From sequence record NC_105436.1: DNA of 51,253 bases; one strand, 5' to 3'. The notes below the pieces were generated by a model. The model was given only the letters and a program-made list of their open reading frames with translations, was not told the origin of the DNA and did no database searches. The position numbers and the translations under genes are program-made. This document shows positions 9,242 to 17,109 of the stretch, piece after piece; the first letter of the stretch is position 1; each line of letters begins with the position of its first letter. Source of the stretch: a phage.

Positions 9242-9288
9242 TAATATACCATTCAGGAGCACATCGTTTTTAACAAAAAGTGCTATTC
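9242..9288 (-). promoter_or_regulatory. box cassette (minus strand)
   Basis: Box + 22-nt spacer + TATATT + leader CCCATCGACAACAAACGAGGA. Confidence 0.55.
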
Positions 9289-9573
9289 AACAACTTTTCC
9301 AGTTAAAGAGATAAGTTGCCTTGTAATCTTGTGGCGTCGATACTTACGCGCAACAACCGGAAGATTTTCACCGCTTTGATGACCAAAACAGATCGGCAAT
9401 TCACCTTCAATGGAGCGGAAGCCACCAAATTCAAGATCCCGCACTGGCTTAGCGCGCCAGGCTTCAATAAATCCGCGCTCGTCACGAGTGATATAGCGGT
9501 ATATATTCGGGAGGGGCAATTGTATCCCCTCAAAATCCACGGTATCGGTATAGCTATAAAACTTAGAACTCAT
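9283..9573 (-). CDS. hypothetical protein
   Basis: Start at ATG 9573 (MSSKFYSY), overlapping the upstream small gene stop. Confidence 0.45.
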   Translation of the reverse strand: MSSKFYSYTDTVDFEGIQLPLPNIYRYITRDERGFIEAWRAKPVRDLEFGGFRSIEGELPICFGHQSGENLPVVARKYRRHKITRQLISLTGKVVE

Positions 9574-9713
9574 AGTCAACAACTCCAAACTCATTGACGA
9601 TTTGCGCCTTATAGAATCCGCCATTTTTCGCCATGTTGTAACAAGCGGCTACGGTTTCAAATTCGCGCGCTTCCGGCTGGCTGTTTTCGTGTTCCCAGGT
9701 AATCAGAGTAACC
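9563..9713 (-). CDS. hypothetical small protein
   Basis: 49-codon ORF (MVTLITWEHENSQ...) preceded by box cassette and conserved leader CATCGACAACGA...GAGGATTTGAAA; not in the ORF track (under 60 aa). Confidence 0.4.
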
Positions 9714-9734
9714 ATTTTCAAATCCTCGCATTCG

Positions 9735-9785
9735 TTGTCGATGCGTGTAATGTACAGGAATACGAGGATTGAGTTTTAACAAAAA
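9735..9785 (-). promoter_or_regulatory. box cassette (minus strand)
   Basis: Box + 22-nt spacer + TACATT + conserved leader. Confidence 0.55.
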
Positions 9786-9792
9786 GTGCTAT

Positions 9793-10056
9793 TTAGTCCA
9801 GGAATTCGATTTCACGCTCTCCAGTTAACGGATCTACAAGCCAGAATCCGAGCGGTTCGCCGTGAACACCGCCATAGAATCCAAGCGCCGTCAGATCTTC
9901 ACCTTTAACGAATACCAGATTCCCGCTACGGCTTACGTGAGACACGTTAACGATAACCGGAAATGTGCGATCCTTAAATGCAGGCCGCAGGGCGTAACAT
10001 CCGTTGTTGAGCAAACGTGCTTTGCGCTTAACTGGAATAGGTGCATTAATTTTCAT
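9793..10056 (-). CDS. hypothetical protein
   Basis: 87-aa ORF with RBS AAGGAG. Confidence 0.5.
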   Translation of the reverse strand: MKINAPIPVKRKARLLNNGCYALRPAFKDRTFPVIVNVSHVSRSGNLVFVKGEDLTALGFYGGVHGEPLGFWLVDPLTGEREIEFLD

Positions 10057-10282
10057 GGTTATTACTCCTTATCGTAAAGATTTAAAGACGTATAGTTTAT
10101 TGCGGTAACTATATATCCGCATTGTTATTTCTCGCAGTACAATATATTCCTTCCTGTTTTCCGGCAGACTGGCGAGCAACAACAGGCAGTATTTATAAGC
10201 GCGGTCAAGATTCCTTTCCGTGCCCCTGCAATATCCCTTGTTGCGCCTGGAGCGGTACAGCAATAACAATTTCTTGAACATT

Positions 10283-10492
10283 TCAGATACGCCCATACAG
10301 ATCACAGACTTCGTTGATAAAACAGCGTTGAGACTCTTTATCCTGCTTCTCAAACATCGCACGGCATTCAAACTTATGATTATGCACGATGACTACAACC
10401 ATGTTTTCAGGCATTGAGCGGTTATAGCGTTGCGCATCACTGATTGAAACGTCCATACCCATCTCATGTGCTTTCTTGATCACATCCAACAT
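10283..10492 (-). CDS. hypothetical protein
   Basis: Start at ATG 10492 (MLDVIKK), 11-nt overlap with upstream gene. Confidence 0.4.
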   Translation of the reverse strand: MLDVIKKAHEMGMDVSISDAQRYNRSMPENMVVVIVHNHKFECRAMFEKQDKESQRCFINEVCDLYGRI

Positions 10493-10746
10493 TTTTTCTT
10501 CTCCTGCAATAAGCAAACATCATTGATAAAATCAGCACGGCCCTTAATGTTGCTGATGTGGAACGTCTTTTCAGCGTACAGGCCATCACCTTCAATCACG
10601 ATCATTACGCGAGTCGGTTTATTCACGGGCGCACACGAAAAGAGTGGTCGCACCGGAAGAAATTTAGTAGCCACATCCAGGTTAGCCCTGGCGGCCCTGC
10701 AAAATGCCTCCGCCAGATCCAAATCATTTTCGGTAATCACCGCCAT
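10480..10746 (-). CDS. hypothetical protein
   Basis: 88-aa ORF, overlapping start with the upstream gene stop. Confidence 0.45.
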   Translation of the reverse strand: MAVITENDLDLAEAFCRAARANLDVATKFLPVRPLFSCAPVNKPTRVMIVIEGDGLYAEKTFHISNIKGRADFINDVCLLQEKKKCWM

Positions 10747-11018
10747 TACTTCTTGATCTCCTCACTGATAAATTTCAGCACCTGACGCAAGAAAACCTCG
10801 TTGTTGATAGTCGCTGGCAATTCTTCTTTCACTTCTTGCGGCAGATAGATATTGCCGTGCCAGGTCAAGCAATCGTAGTTGATACGATAAGAGCAAAGCC
10901 ACTCGCAATCGTTATCTGCTTCCCAAATACAGAGTTGCAGAACATCGCCAAAATCTTCAACAGTCAGATCCAGACCGTGACGCTTAGCGAAATTGAAAGT
11001 GGTTTTGCTGATGTTCAT
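10746..11018 (-). CDS. hypothetical protein
   Basis: 90-aa ORF, first gene of the leftward block, with box cassette and leader upstream. Confidence 0.5.
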   Translation of the reverse strand: MNISKTTFNFAKRHGLDLTVEDFGDVLQLCIWEADNDCEWLCSYRINYDCLTWHGNIYLPQEVKEELPATINNEVFLRQVLKFISEEIKK

Positions 11019-11047
11019 TGCTATCTCCTGAGCGGTTCGTTTCGATG

Positions 11048-11097
11048 TGTGTAATGTACCCGATCAGGCGGCCTGAGTTTTAACAAAAAGTGCTATT
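11048..11097 (-). promoter_or_regulatory. box cassette (minus strand)
   Basis: Box + hairpin TCAGG/CCTGA + TACATT at 22-nt spacing + leader CATCGAAACGA. Confidence 0.55.
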
Positions 11098-11127
11098 TGA
11101 CGGTTAGCGCCAGGATTGTGATCGAAA

Positions 11128-11215
11128 TAATCAGAAGTAATCATTCGTAATCAAATCACGTCAAAATGATGATTGCCTTTGCAAATTTGATGAGAAAAGT
11201 AATCACGTTTAATCA
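11128..11215. repeat. iteron-like array of five TAATCA repeats
   Basis: TAATCA at 11128, 11138, 11148, 11200 and 11210, with 10-bp phasing within each group; in the divergent non-coding region. Confidence 0.5.
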
Positions 11216-11651
11216 TTGGTTGCAGGGGAGATAGTGAAACCTTCCCCTCTTGCCTCACTTTTCCGCCTGGCTGTCAGTGGTTGTTGTCTTTTGTTCACCC
11301 CTGTTACCGATTTCAGGCGGCGTGTTTCCGCGCGGTTTTCCGGTGTAGCGAAAACGGAAAAAACAAAGAAAATCCTCTATAATACATTGAAAATAAAGAT
11401 TATTTATTTATATATATCTATAATGTTTTCTTTTTGTTCTCACTGTTACAGTGCTTTTTGTTGGGTGTGGTGTGGTTGTGTGTTGGTATATATGGATAGT
11501 TGCGCGCGCGGCGGATTGCATATGTATATATACTTTTTCCGGCGGATTGCGTTAACAGCGTGAACAGAAAAATAACAGCCCTGAAATCAATAACTTGCGC
11601 ATGATTTTGTAGTTTTTCGATATTGGTAACGTTTTGAATACAACAAAAACA

Positions 11652-11680
11652 TTGACACGCACCAAATAGCTTTTATAATG
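11652..11680 (+). promoter_or_regulatory. consensus sigma70-type promoter (TTGACA-17-TATAAT)
   Basis: TTGACA at 11652-11657, 17-bp spacer, TATAAT at 11675-11680; 30 nt upstream of the first rightward gene. Confidence 0.7.
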
Positions 11681-11710
11681 CGCCAACAGTCAACAACCGG
11701 AGGAAAGGAA

Positions 11711-12175
11711 ATGGAACAGAAAACCACTAAGGACTATTGCGATTGGCTTCGCGAGCTTGGTCGCCGCCTGGCTAGTGGCGATATTGAAGAGTATAAAATG
11801 TCACTAATTGACCTGGCCGGAATGTTAAGCGGTGACGACTGCTACAAGATCACGCGCAGTTCATCCTACAGCCGGACCATTATCAACCGCGTTCCAGAAG
11901 TAAGGGCCGCAGGTCGGGTAAGTATCAAGGTCGAGGAAACGGAAGATGATAAATTTTACGTTTTCCGCATGGTCCACGAATCGAAAAGGAAAATCATCAC
12001 ACCCGAAGAATTGCCAGCCATCAAGGCAAGGGCGATCAAAAAGTTTGCCGATCGCTTACTGGCAGCAATCCCGAACATCGTGGACCTGGAAGGGGATAAA
12101 CTGGCTGGAGCTTGTGAGGGCGTAAGCCGCTACCAGGATATGATCCGCGAAATCATCAAAGAGGAGGAGCAATAA
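11711..12175 (+). CDS. hypothetical protein (first gene downstream of consensus sigma70 promoter)
   Basis: Start at ATG 11711 with RBS GGAGG; sits 30 nt downstream of the TTGACA-17-TATAAT promoter. Confidence 0.55.
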   Translation: MEQKTTKDYCDWLRELGRRLASGDIEEYKMSLIDLAGMLSGDDCYKITRSSSYSRTIINRVPEVRAAGRVSIKVEETEDDKFYVFRMVHESKRKIITPEELPAIKARAIKKFADRLLAAIPNIVDLEGDKLAGACEGVSRYQDMIREIIKEEEQ

Positions 12176-12435
12176 TGAAAAAGGCATTAATCGGCGTTTT
12201 GGCGGCAATGGCACTCCTGACCGGATGCGAAAAGGCATCAGAATCAACGGTTGTCGTAGGCGTGGAGTCAGATTTCAAAGTCGGTCGCCTGTTCACTGTT
12301 GACGGATGCACAGCATACAGATTCTATGATAACGGTCGCGCGATCTATTACACCAATTGCAAAGGCGCAACGGATAGCACGTACAACAGCGGAAAGAACG
12401 TAATGCACCAGCAAGTCACAACAGATATTAAATAG
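12175..12435 (+). CDS. putative lipoprotein
   Basis: Signal peptide with lipobox LTGC; 86 aa, two further Cys in the mature part. Confidence 0.6.
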   Translation: MKKALIGVLAAMALLTGCEKASESTVVVGVESDFKVGRLFTVDGCTAYRFYDNGRAIYYTNCKGATDSTYNSGKNVMHQQVTTDIK

Positions 12436-12475
12436 CACTTTTTGTTAAAACGCCAGGCGCAAAGCCTGGCATAAT
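12431..12475 (+). promoter_or_regulatory. box cassette
   Basis: AATAGCACTTTTTGTTAAAAC + hairpin GCCAGG/CCTGGC + CATAAT. Confidence 0.55.
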
Positions 12476-12507
12476 AGCCTCATCGAAACGAGATTGAGGA
12501 AACAAAA

Positions 12508-12693
12508 ATGGCACGTCGCATCACCAAAGACCTTAAAGTCCTGAACAAAGAAAACGTAGTTAAAATCCTGGTTATCTGGGGCTACAACGAAGAAACAGCA
12601 AAGCAGAAGGTAGAGGCAGGTTATGATCTTGCTGTAAAAGCAATGCCAAACGACGACGCCAAAGGCATTGCAAACTATGTAGCGTTCTTTTAA
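12508..12693 (+). CDS. hypothetical protein
   Basis: 61-aa ORF after box cassette. Confidence 0.45.
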   Translation: MARRITKDLKVLNKENVVKILVIWGYNEETAKQKVEAGYDLAVKAMPNDDAKGIANYVAFF

Positions 12694-12708
12694 TTAGCAG
12701 GTGAATAA

Positions 12709-12894
12709 ATGAAAACGAAATTAGTCCATAAATCAGAAATCAAGATTGGCGATACCGTGATTCACAACGGCGAGCTTAGAACGGTTGGCAAAGAGTCAAT
12801 AAGCCACGATGAATTTATGGGGATCTTGTTGTTCGGTGACTCTTATCGTCTTGGTTACAAGATGGTTGAGCTTGTGGAAGAGGTAAAATTCTAA
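12709..12894 (+). CDS. hypothetical protein
   Basis: 61-aa ORF. Confidence 0.45.
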   Translation: MKTKLVHKSEIKIGDTVIHNGELRTVGKESISHDEFMGILLFGDSYRLGYKMVELVEEVKF

Positions 12895-12938
12895 ATAGCA
12901 CTTTTTGTTAAAACTCGAAAACGATAACCAGGCATAAT
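12895..12938 (+). promoter_or_regulatory. box cassette
   Basis: Box + 22-nt spacer + CATAAT. Confidence 0.55.
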
Positions 12939-12993
12939 AAATCACATAGGGCGGCACGGCGTCGCCCAGTTAAACAAATCAGGAGAAAGCACC

Positions 12994-13887
12994 ATGTTAA
13001 AACTTGCTGACATTAAATTCCCGATCACCTTCGAATCTCGCGGCATTGGTCATTACACTTTTACCGATGAAAAAACATGCCATAAGGTTGATATGAATAG
13101 CGACAAATTAAGCCCATCAACAATGGAGATTGAACACTTTATTGATGCGCACAATACGCATTACAACGCACTTAAAGACTACGGCTACGCAATGCCAGGC
13201 TACACATGCTTGCACTACAAGCCATATAAGGGCCAGGTGTTACCAGTGCGCTCACCGGAACGCGCAGAGATTCCGATGGTCCATATGAAAACCTGCGACT
13301 ACAAAAAACTGTGGTGCTTAAGTCTGGACAATATCAAGTATCCGATCACGTTCCACACGACTGGTAAGTCAACGATTCGCTACACATCGCGCGACAATGG
13401 CGTTTATAGCGATGGTACGAAATCAGAGTTGAAAGTCGATTTCTTTGTCAATGGTCACAACAAATTCAATCCGCACAACGAAGAGGATAAAGTGTATTAC
13501 GTGGAAGACATTACAAAACACTTGTTTGGAGAAACTCCATTCGGCGGCGGGAAGACGGCAATTCAGAAAATCATTGGCGAGGAGATCCATAAAGCGGCTG
13601 TCGAAATGAAAGCGCCTGGAGGCTGGCGTATTGACAAGAGCGCCTTTGCCTATCAAGAAATCGTAACGCAGGGCGCGATTGAAGATATGCCAGTTACAGC
13701 CACGCTAAAAGGAGTCCGGCTTGATGACGGCAGTTGGTATGAATTAACGGCTACACCAAAGACGATCGAAATTCATGATGATGTTGTTATCCTTCTGCTT
13801 CACTACGGCGGCACTAAAAACCGGACTGTTGCAGGTGAGATCAGCATCAAGCGCGGAACGATGGTTAAGTGGAAGGTGAAGATTTGA
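12994..13887 (+). CDS. hypothetical protein with internal tandem duplication
   Basis: 297 aa; two related segments (DIKFPITFES...HFIDAHNTHYN and NIKYPITFHT...FFVNGHNKFNPHN). Confidence 0.55.
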   Translation: MLKLADIKFPITFESRGIGHYTFTDEKTCHKVDMNSDKLSPSTMEIEHFIDAHNTHYNALKDYGYAMPGYTCLHYKPYKGQVLPVRSPERAEIPMVHMKTCDYKKLWCLSLDNIKYPITFHTTGKSTIRYTSRDNGVYSDGTKSELKVDFFVNGHNKFNPHNEEDKVYYVEDITKHLFGETPFGGGKTAIQKIIGEEIHKAAVEMKAPGGWRIDKSAFAYQEIVTQGAIEDMPVTATLKGVRLDDGSWYELTATPKTIEIHDDVVILLLHYGGTKNRTVAGEISIKRGTMVKWKVKI

Positions 13888-13963
13888 GTTTGTTCACTGC
13901 GGCGCACGTCGCCGCATGGATCGGATTGTTTGCCTACCTGTTTAGCTTTTATTGAGGTGAGAG

Positions 13964-14116
13964 ATGGCTACATGGATTTTGCTGATTCTTATGATTGATG
14001 GCGGCGTTGACCATATCGAAATGAATAGCCAGCAATCTTGCATTGAGGCACGAGAGCAGATCAAGAACAACAACAGGTTTTATGCGTACACTCGCACGCT
14101 ATGTATTAAGAAATAG
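13964..14116 (+). CDS. hypothetical small protein
   Basis: 50-codon ORF with RBS GAGGTGAGAG; its TAG stop is embedded in the next box. Confidence 0.3.
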   Translation: MATWILLILMIDGGVDHIEMNSQQSCIEAREQIKNNNRFYAYTRTLCIKK

Positions 14117-14155
14117 CACTTTTTGTTAAAACTCAAATGTGGGGCCAGGTATAAT
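14112..14155 (+). promoter_or_regulatory. box cassette
   Basis: Box + hairpin GGCC/GGCC with TATAAT in the loop. Confidence 0.55.
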
Positions 14156-14185
14156 GGCCTCACTTTCAACGAAGGAGATAAAACG

Positions 14186-14416
14186 ATGTACATTAAAAAG
14201 AAGATGAAATGCGTTTCCGTTAACTATGCTTGCTCTGGCATGTTCAAGCCTGGCGAAATCTATACGGCGCAAAAACTGAAAACATCAACCGGATCTTTTT
14301 ACGTGAGCAATAGTAAGGGACATCGCATGTTCCTGAACGGCGGCGAAGGCACTAAGGTTATGGCACACGCTATGGTAATGGCTGAATTTGAGGAGGTGAA
14401 AGATGAAAACAAATAA
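14186..14416 (+). CDS. hypothetical protein
   Basis: Start at ATG 14186 after RBS AAGGAG. Confidence 0.5.
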   Translation: MYIKKKMKCVSVNYACSGMFKPGEIYTAQKLKTSTGSFYVSNSKGHRMFLNGGEGTKVMAHAMVMAEFEEVKDENK

Positions 14417-14624
14417 TCGCGTCAAGCACAGGTTTACTGATAACCAAGGAGACGCGATTGATGTATACAAGTTCGGCGATCGCGTGTTTATTGATGGCAC
14501 GTTTGAAGGTGGTCGCAGGCCGGATTTTAGGTCGATACTTACCGTTGACCAAGTGCGCAAGCTGGCAGATAAGTTAAATGATCTGGCAGATGAAATAGAA
14601 TACAGGCAAATCCATTTTAATTGA
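14403..14624 (+). CDS. hypothetical protein
   Basis: 73-aa ORF with RBS GAGGAGG. Confidence 0.45.
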   Translation: MKTNNRVKHRFTDNQGDAIDVYKFGDRVFIDGTFEGGRRPDFRSILTVDQVRKLADKLNDLADEIEYRQIHFN

Positions 14625-14635
14625 TAGGTTTGATA

Positions 14636-15346
14636 ATGAAAAAATACACTTTCGAACTGTGGGGCAAGAAGTACGAATTAATCACCAGCAAGCCGATTGT
14701 TATCGTTGACCTGGACGGAACACTATCGGACGGTTCGCATCGTTTGCATTTGCTGCCAACTGAAAACTTGCACCTTACGGAATCGTGGCGCGAGTTTAAC
14801 AGGGCCGCCGCCGGAGATTCACCGATTAAAAGCACGATCGCGGTTATTAACGGTTTATGGGTGTCGGGATTTGCCATCGTCATCTTGACCGGACGCAGCG
14901 ACGAGGTTCGCTATGAAACCTGCAAATGGTTGAATGAGAACGGCGTGAAGTTTGACGAAATCATCATGCGCCGCCAGGAGGACAACCGAAAGGATACTGT
15001 TATTAAAGAAGAAGCCTTGCGCGCTATTGGCCTGGACAACATTGTTTGCGCCTTTGACGATTCGCCGAACGTGGTTAAGCACTTCCGCAGCTTGGGGATC
15101 ACAACCTATCAGGTCACGGAATACGACAAGCCACACGCTCACATACAATCTCACGGCGTGGAATCAATAAAGATCACGAAGCGCGCCCGATTCGTCGGCA
15201 GCAAAGACAGCCTGGTCAATGCCAGCTTTATCAAAGGCAAGGTTTATGATGTTCATAGCCATGATAAAAACCGATTCTTTTTGTGGGATGAAAAAGGTTT
15301 TGGCTGGTGCTTTGAACACGACGACGGCGATTTTGTTAATGCGTAA
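14636..15346 (+). CDS. HAD-superfamily phosphatase (nucleotidase or polynucleotide 3'-phosphatase-like)
   Basis: DxDGT motif (VIVDLDGTLSDG) near the N-terminus; start taken at ATG 14636. Confidence 0.6.
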   Translation: MKKYTFELWGKKYELITSKPIVIVDLDGTLSDGSHRLHLLPTENLHLTESWREFNRAAAGDSPIKSTIAVINGLWVSGFAIVILTGRSDEVRYETCKWLNENGVKFDEIIMRRQEDNRKDTVIKEEALRAIGLDNIVCAFDDSPNVVKHFRSLGITTYQVTEYDKPHAHIQSHGVESIKITKRARFVGSKDSLVNASFIKGKVYDVHSHDKNRFFLWDEKGFGWCFEHDDGDFVNA

Positions 15347-15388
15347 TAGCACTTTTTGTTAAAACATCTTAACGGGCTTGCGGTATAG
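15345..15388 (+). promoter_or_regulatory. box cassette
   Basis: Box + hairpin GGGCTT/AAGCCC with TATAGT in the loop + leader CCCATCGACAACGAAAGAGGA. Confidence 0.55.
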
Positions 15389-15420
15389 TAAGCCCATCGA
15401 CAACGAAAGAGGAAACAACG

Positions 15421-15720
15421 ATGTTAGTACGCAATGCGATGTATAAAATCAAATCTGATGAGCGTGTCCACCTGTTTCATGTGAACGAGCACGGCGACCT
15501 TTCGATCGCGATGTACCGTAACGACCGAGGCGGTTGCGAGGAATCAACAGGCGGTAAAGTGCATCCAATGTTTTTCATGTTCCGCCACAAGGCCGATCAA
15601 TACAGCCATCACAACCACTGGATCGGTGACTTGCTGCAATATGGGAAATTGGTTGCGTCGCACGTTGTAGATCCTGGCAAGTTAACCAGCCGCCAGCTTC
15701 GCAAAATGGCGCGCAAATAG
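15421..15720 (+). CDS. hypothetical protein
   Basis: 99-aa ORF after box cassette and conserved leader. Confidence 0.5.
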   Translation: MLVRNAMYKIKSDERVHLFHVNEHGDLSIAMYRNDRGGCEESTGGKVHPMFFMFRHKADQYSHHNHWIGDLLQYGKLVASHVVDPGKLTSRQLRKMARK

Positions 15721-15759
15721 CACTTTTGTTAAAATCAACTTTACGGCCTGCGGTATAGT
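15716..15759 (+). promoter_or_regulatory. box cassette (near-duplicate of 15345-15388)
   Basis: Box (one T shorter) + TATAGT + leader CCCATCAACAACAAACGAGGA. Confidence 0.55.
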
Positions 15760-15790
15760 AAGCCCATCAACAACAAACGAGGATTAAATC

Positions 15791-16054
15791 ATGGCTAACA
15801 AGATCGAATTTTTTAAAGCGGTAGACATTATCGACGGCGCGCCTAGCTTCTTCGCTATCCATTCTATTGACGGCAAGGATATTGGGTACAACGTTATCCG
15901 TCGAGATGGAATATCAAAACTTAGTGACCTGGTAGGCCATATTGTGTCAATCGGGAAATGCGCATGGCCCGATTCGCCACGAGAGCCACGCCGCCGCGAC
16001 ATGGTAGAGCCTGTTCTGCTTTACACTCTGGTAGTAGAAGGAGAAAATAAATGA
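15791..16054 (+). CDS. hypothetical protein
   Basis: 87-aa ORF after near-duplicate box cassette and leader. Confidence 0.5.
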   Translation: MANKIEFFKAVDIIDGAPSFFAIHSIDGKDIGYNVIRRDGISKLSDLVGHIVSIGKCAWPDSPREPRRRDMVEPVLLYTLVVEGENK

Positions 16055-16236
16055 TTTGGTTACTTGCTTTTTTGGTTGTTTTTCTTTACATTTCAGGCTT
16101 GTTTACGTTCCGCGCGTTGGTGAAATATTCTGACACGACAGACAAAGACGATAAAATCGTTCTCGCTTTCTGGTTTGTTTGGGTGTGGTTAGCAATTTAC
16201 GAGATCATCAGAGACAAACAGAAATTTGAGTGGTGA
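16051..16236 (+). CDS. hypothetical membrane protein
   Basis: 61 aa with two hydrophobic helices. Confidence 0.45.
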   Translation: MIWLLAFLVVFLYISGLFTFRALVKYSDTTDKDDKIVLAFWFVWVWLAIYEIIRDKQKFEW

Positions 16237-16293
16237 TTCTTGCTATGGCGCATTCATGCAGTGCGCCATGTTGAGAAAACCTAAAGGGGGGAA

Positions 16294-16446
16294 ATGATGC
16301 GTAACTTTGAAAAAATCATTACCAAAAAGAAGCGTCGCGGGTACGATGAGCATGTGGAGCTTGTGAAAAAGCAACGCAAGAAGCGCAACGAAGACAAGAA
16401 GCGCGGGAAAAAATTTAATGCGATTTTTCGCTATGGAGATCATTAA
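16294..16446 (+). CDS. hypothetical small basic protein
   Basis: 50-codon K/R-rich ORF with RBS AAAGGGGGG. Confidence 0.3.
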   Translation: MMRNFEKIITKKKRRGYDEHVELVKKQRKKRNEDKKRGKKFNAIFRYGDH

Positions 16447-16448
16447 TC

Positions 16449-17039
16449 ATGAAACGAGACATTATTATCCTTAATGGGCCGCCTGGCTGTGGAAAGGACA
16501 CTATTGCAGCTTACCTAACGGGCCATCGTTACCCAGCGGTTAAGGCGTCATTCAAGCAGCCGATGTTCGATATTGCGTTTTCCATGCTGGGCGTGTACAG
16601 ATACGATGAATTTATGGACCTGTACAACGACCGAGAACAAAAAGAAAAGCCTCAAGTTATTTTGGGCGGCAAGTCACCGCGACAATTCATGATCTGGATT
16701 AGTGAGGAGGTCATGAAGCCAGTTTTTGGTGATCACTATTTCGGGCGTCGAATGGTTGAAGAAATTCACGAGATGTACCGAGATTTGGCAGTTGTGATCA
16801 GTGATGGCGGATTCCCCGAAGAAATCAAGCCGCTCGTTAAGGCGGGGCATGAGGTGCATATTTGCCGATTGCATCGCGACGGCTTCACGTTTGCTGGCGA
16901 TTCGCGAAACTATATTGACCTGAGCGGTTATCACTATCGAATCCATCACTATGATTTCCACTTGCAGGATGGCAAGCCTGAACTGGCTGTAAACGAGATC
17001 GTCAATGCTGTCAAATGGAAGCACACAAAGATTAAATAG
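16449..17039 (+). CDS. P-loop nucleotide/nucleoside kinase-like protein
   Basis: Walker A at the N-terminus (ILNGPPGCGKDT); size and motif placement resemble phage dNMP kinases or polynucleotide kinase domains. Confidence 0.55.
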   Translation: MKRDIIILNGPPGCGKDTIAAYLTGHRYPAVKASFKQPMFDIAFSMLGVYRYDEFMDLYNDREQKEKPQVILGGKSPRQFMIWISEEVMKPVFGDHYFGRRMVEEIHEMYRDLAVVISDGGFPEEIKPLVKAGHEVHICRLHRDGFTFAGDSRNYIDLSGYHYRIHHYDFHLQDGKPELAVNEIVNAVKWKHTKIK

Positions 17040-17079
17040 CACGAATTGCTAAACGCGGGGCGCAATGCCTCGCTATAAT
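17035..17079 (+). promoter_or_regulatory. box cassette variant
   Basis: AATAGCACGAATTGCTAAAC + 22-nt spacer + TATAAT. Confidence 0.5.
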
Positions 17080-17109
17080 GCAAACACCAATCAACGAGAG
17101 GAAATCACA

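Noticed and set aside
10069-10371. 100-aa Arg/Leu-rich ORF on the minus strand
   Set aside because: Overlaps the better-supported gene 10283-10492 and otherwise lies in a 226-nt intergenic gap without a box cassette or clear RBS; it could be a small basic protein but support is weak.
10480-10520. A6 run (GAAGAAAAAATG on the minus strand) at the junction of ORFs 10480-10746 and 10283-10516, suggesting a frameshift or pseudogene
   Set aside because: The downstream ORF has its own ATG at 10492 inside the run and the upstream ORF stops 8 nt later. This is an ordinary 11-nt gene overlap like many others in this genome; no evidence that the two products are related.
11216-11563. 115-aa ORF in the divergent control region
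   Set aside because: Starts with TTG, is low-complexity, has no RBS, and spans hairpins, AT-rich and GT-rich regulatory sequence; most likely non-coding.
12431-12475. Box-plus-hairpin units as intrinsic terminators for the upstream gene
   Set aside because: The hairpins are followed by ATAAT-type sequence rather than U-tracts and are at a fixed distance from -10-like hexamers, so a promoter or operator role fits better; partial terminator function cannot be excluded.
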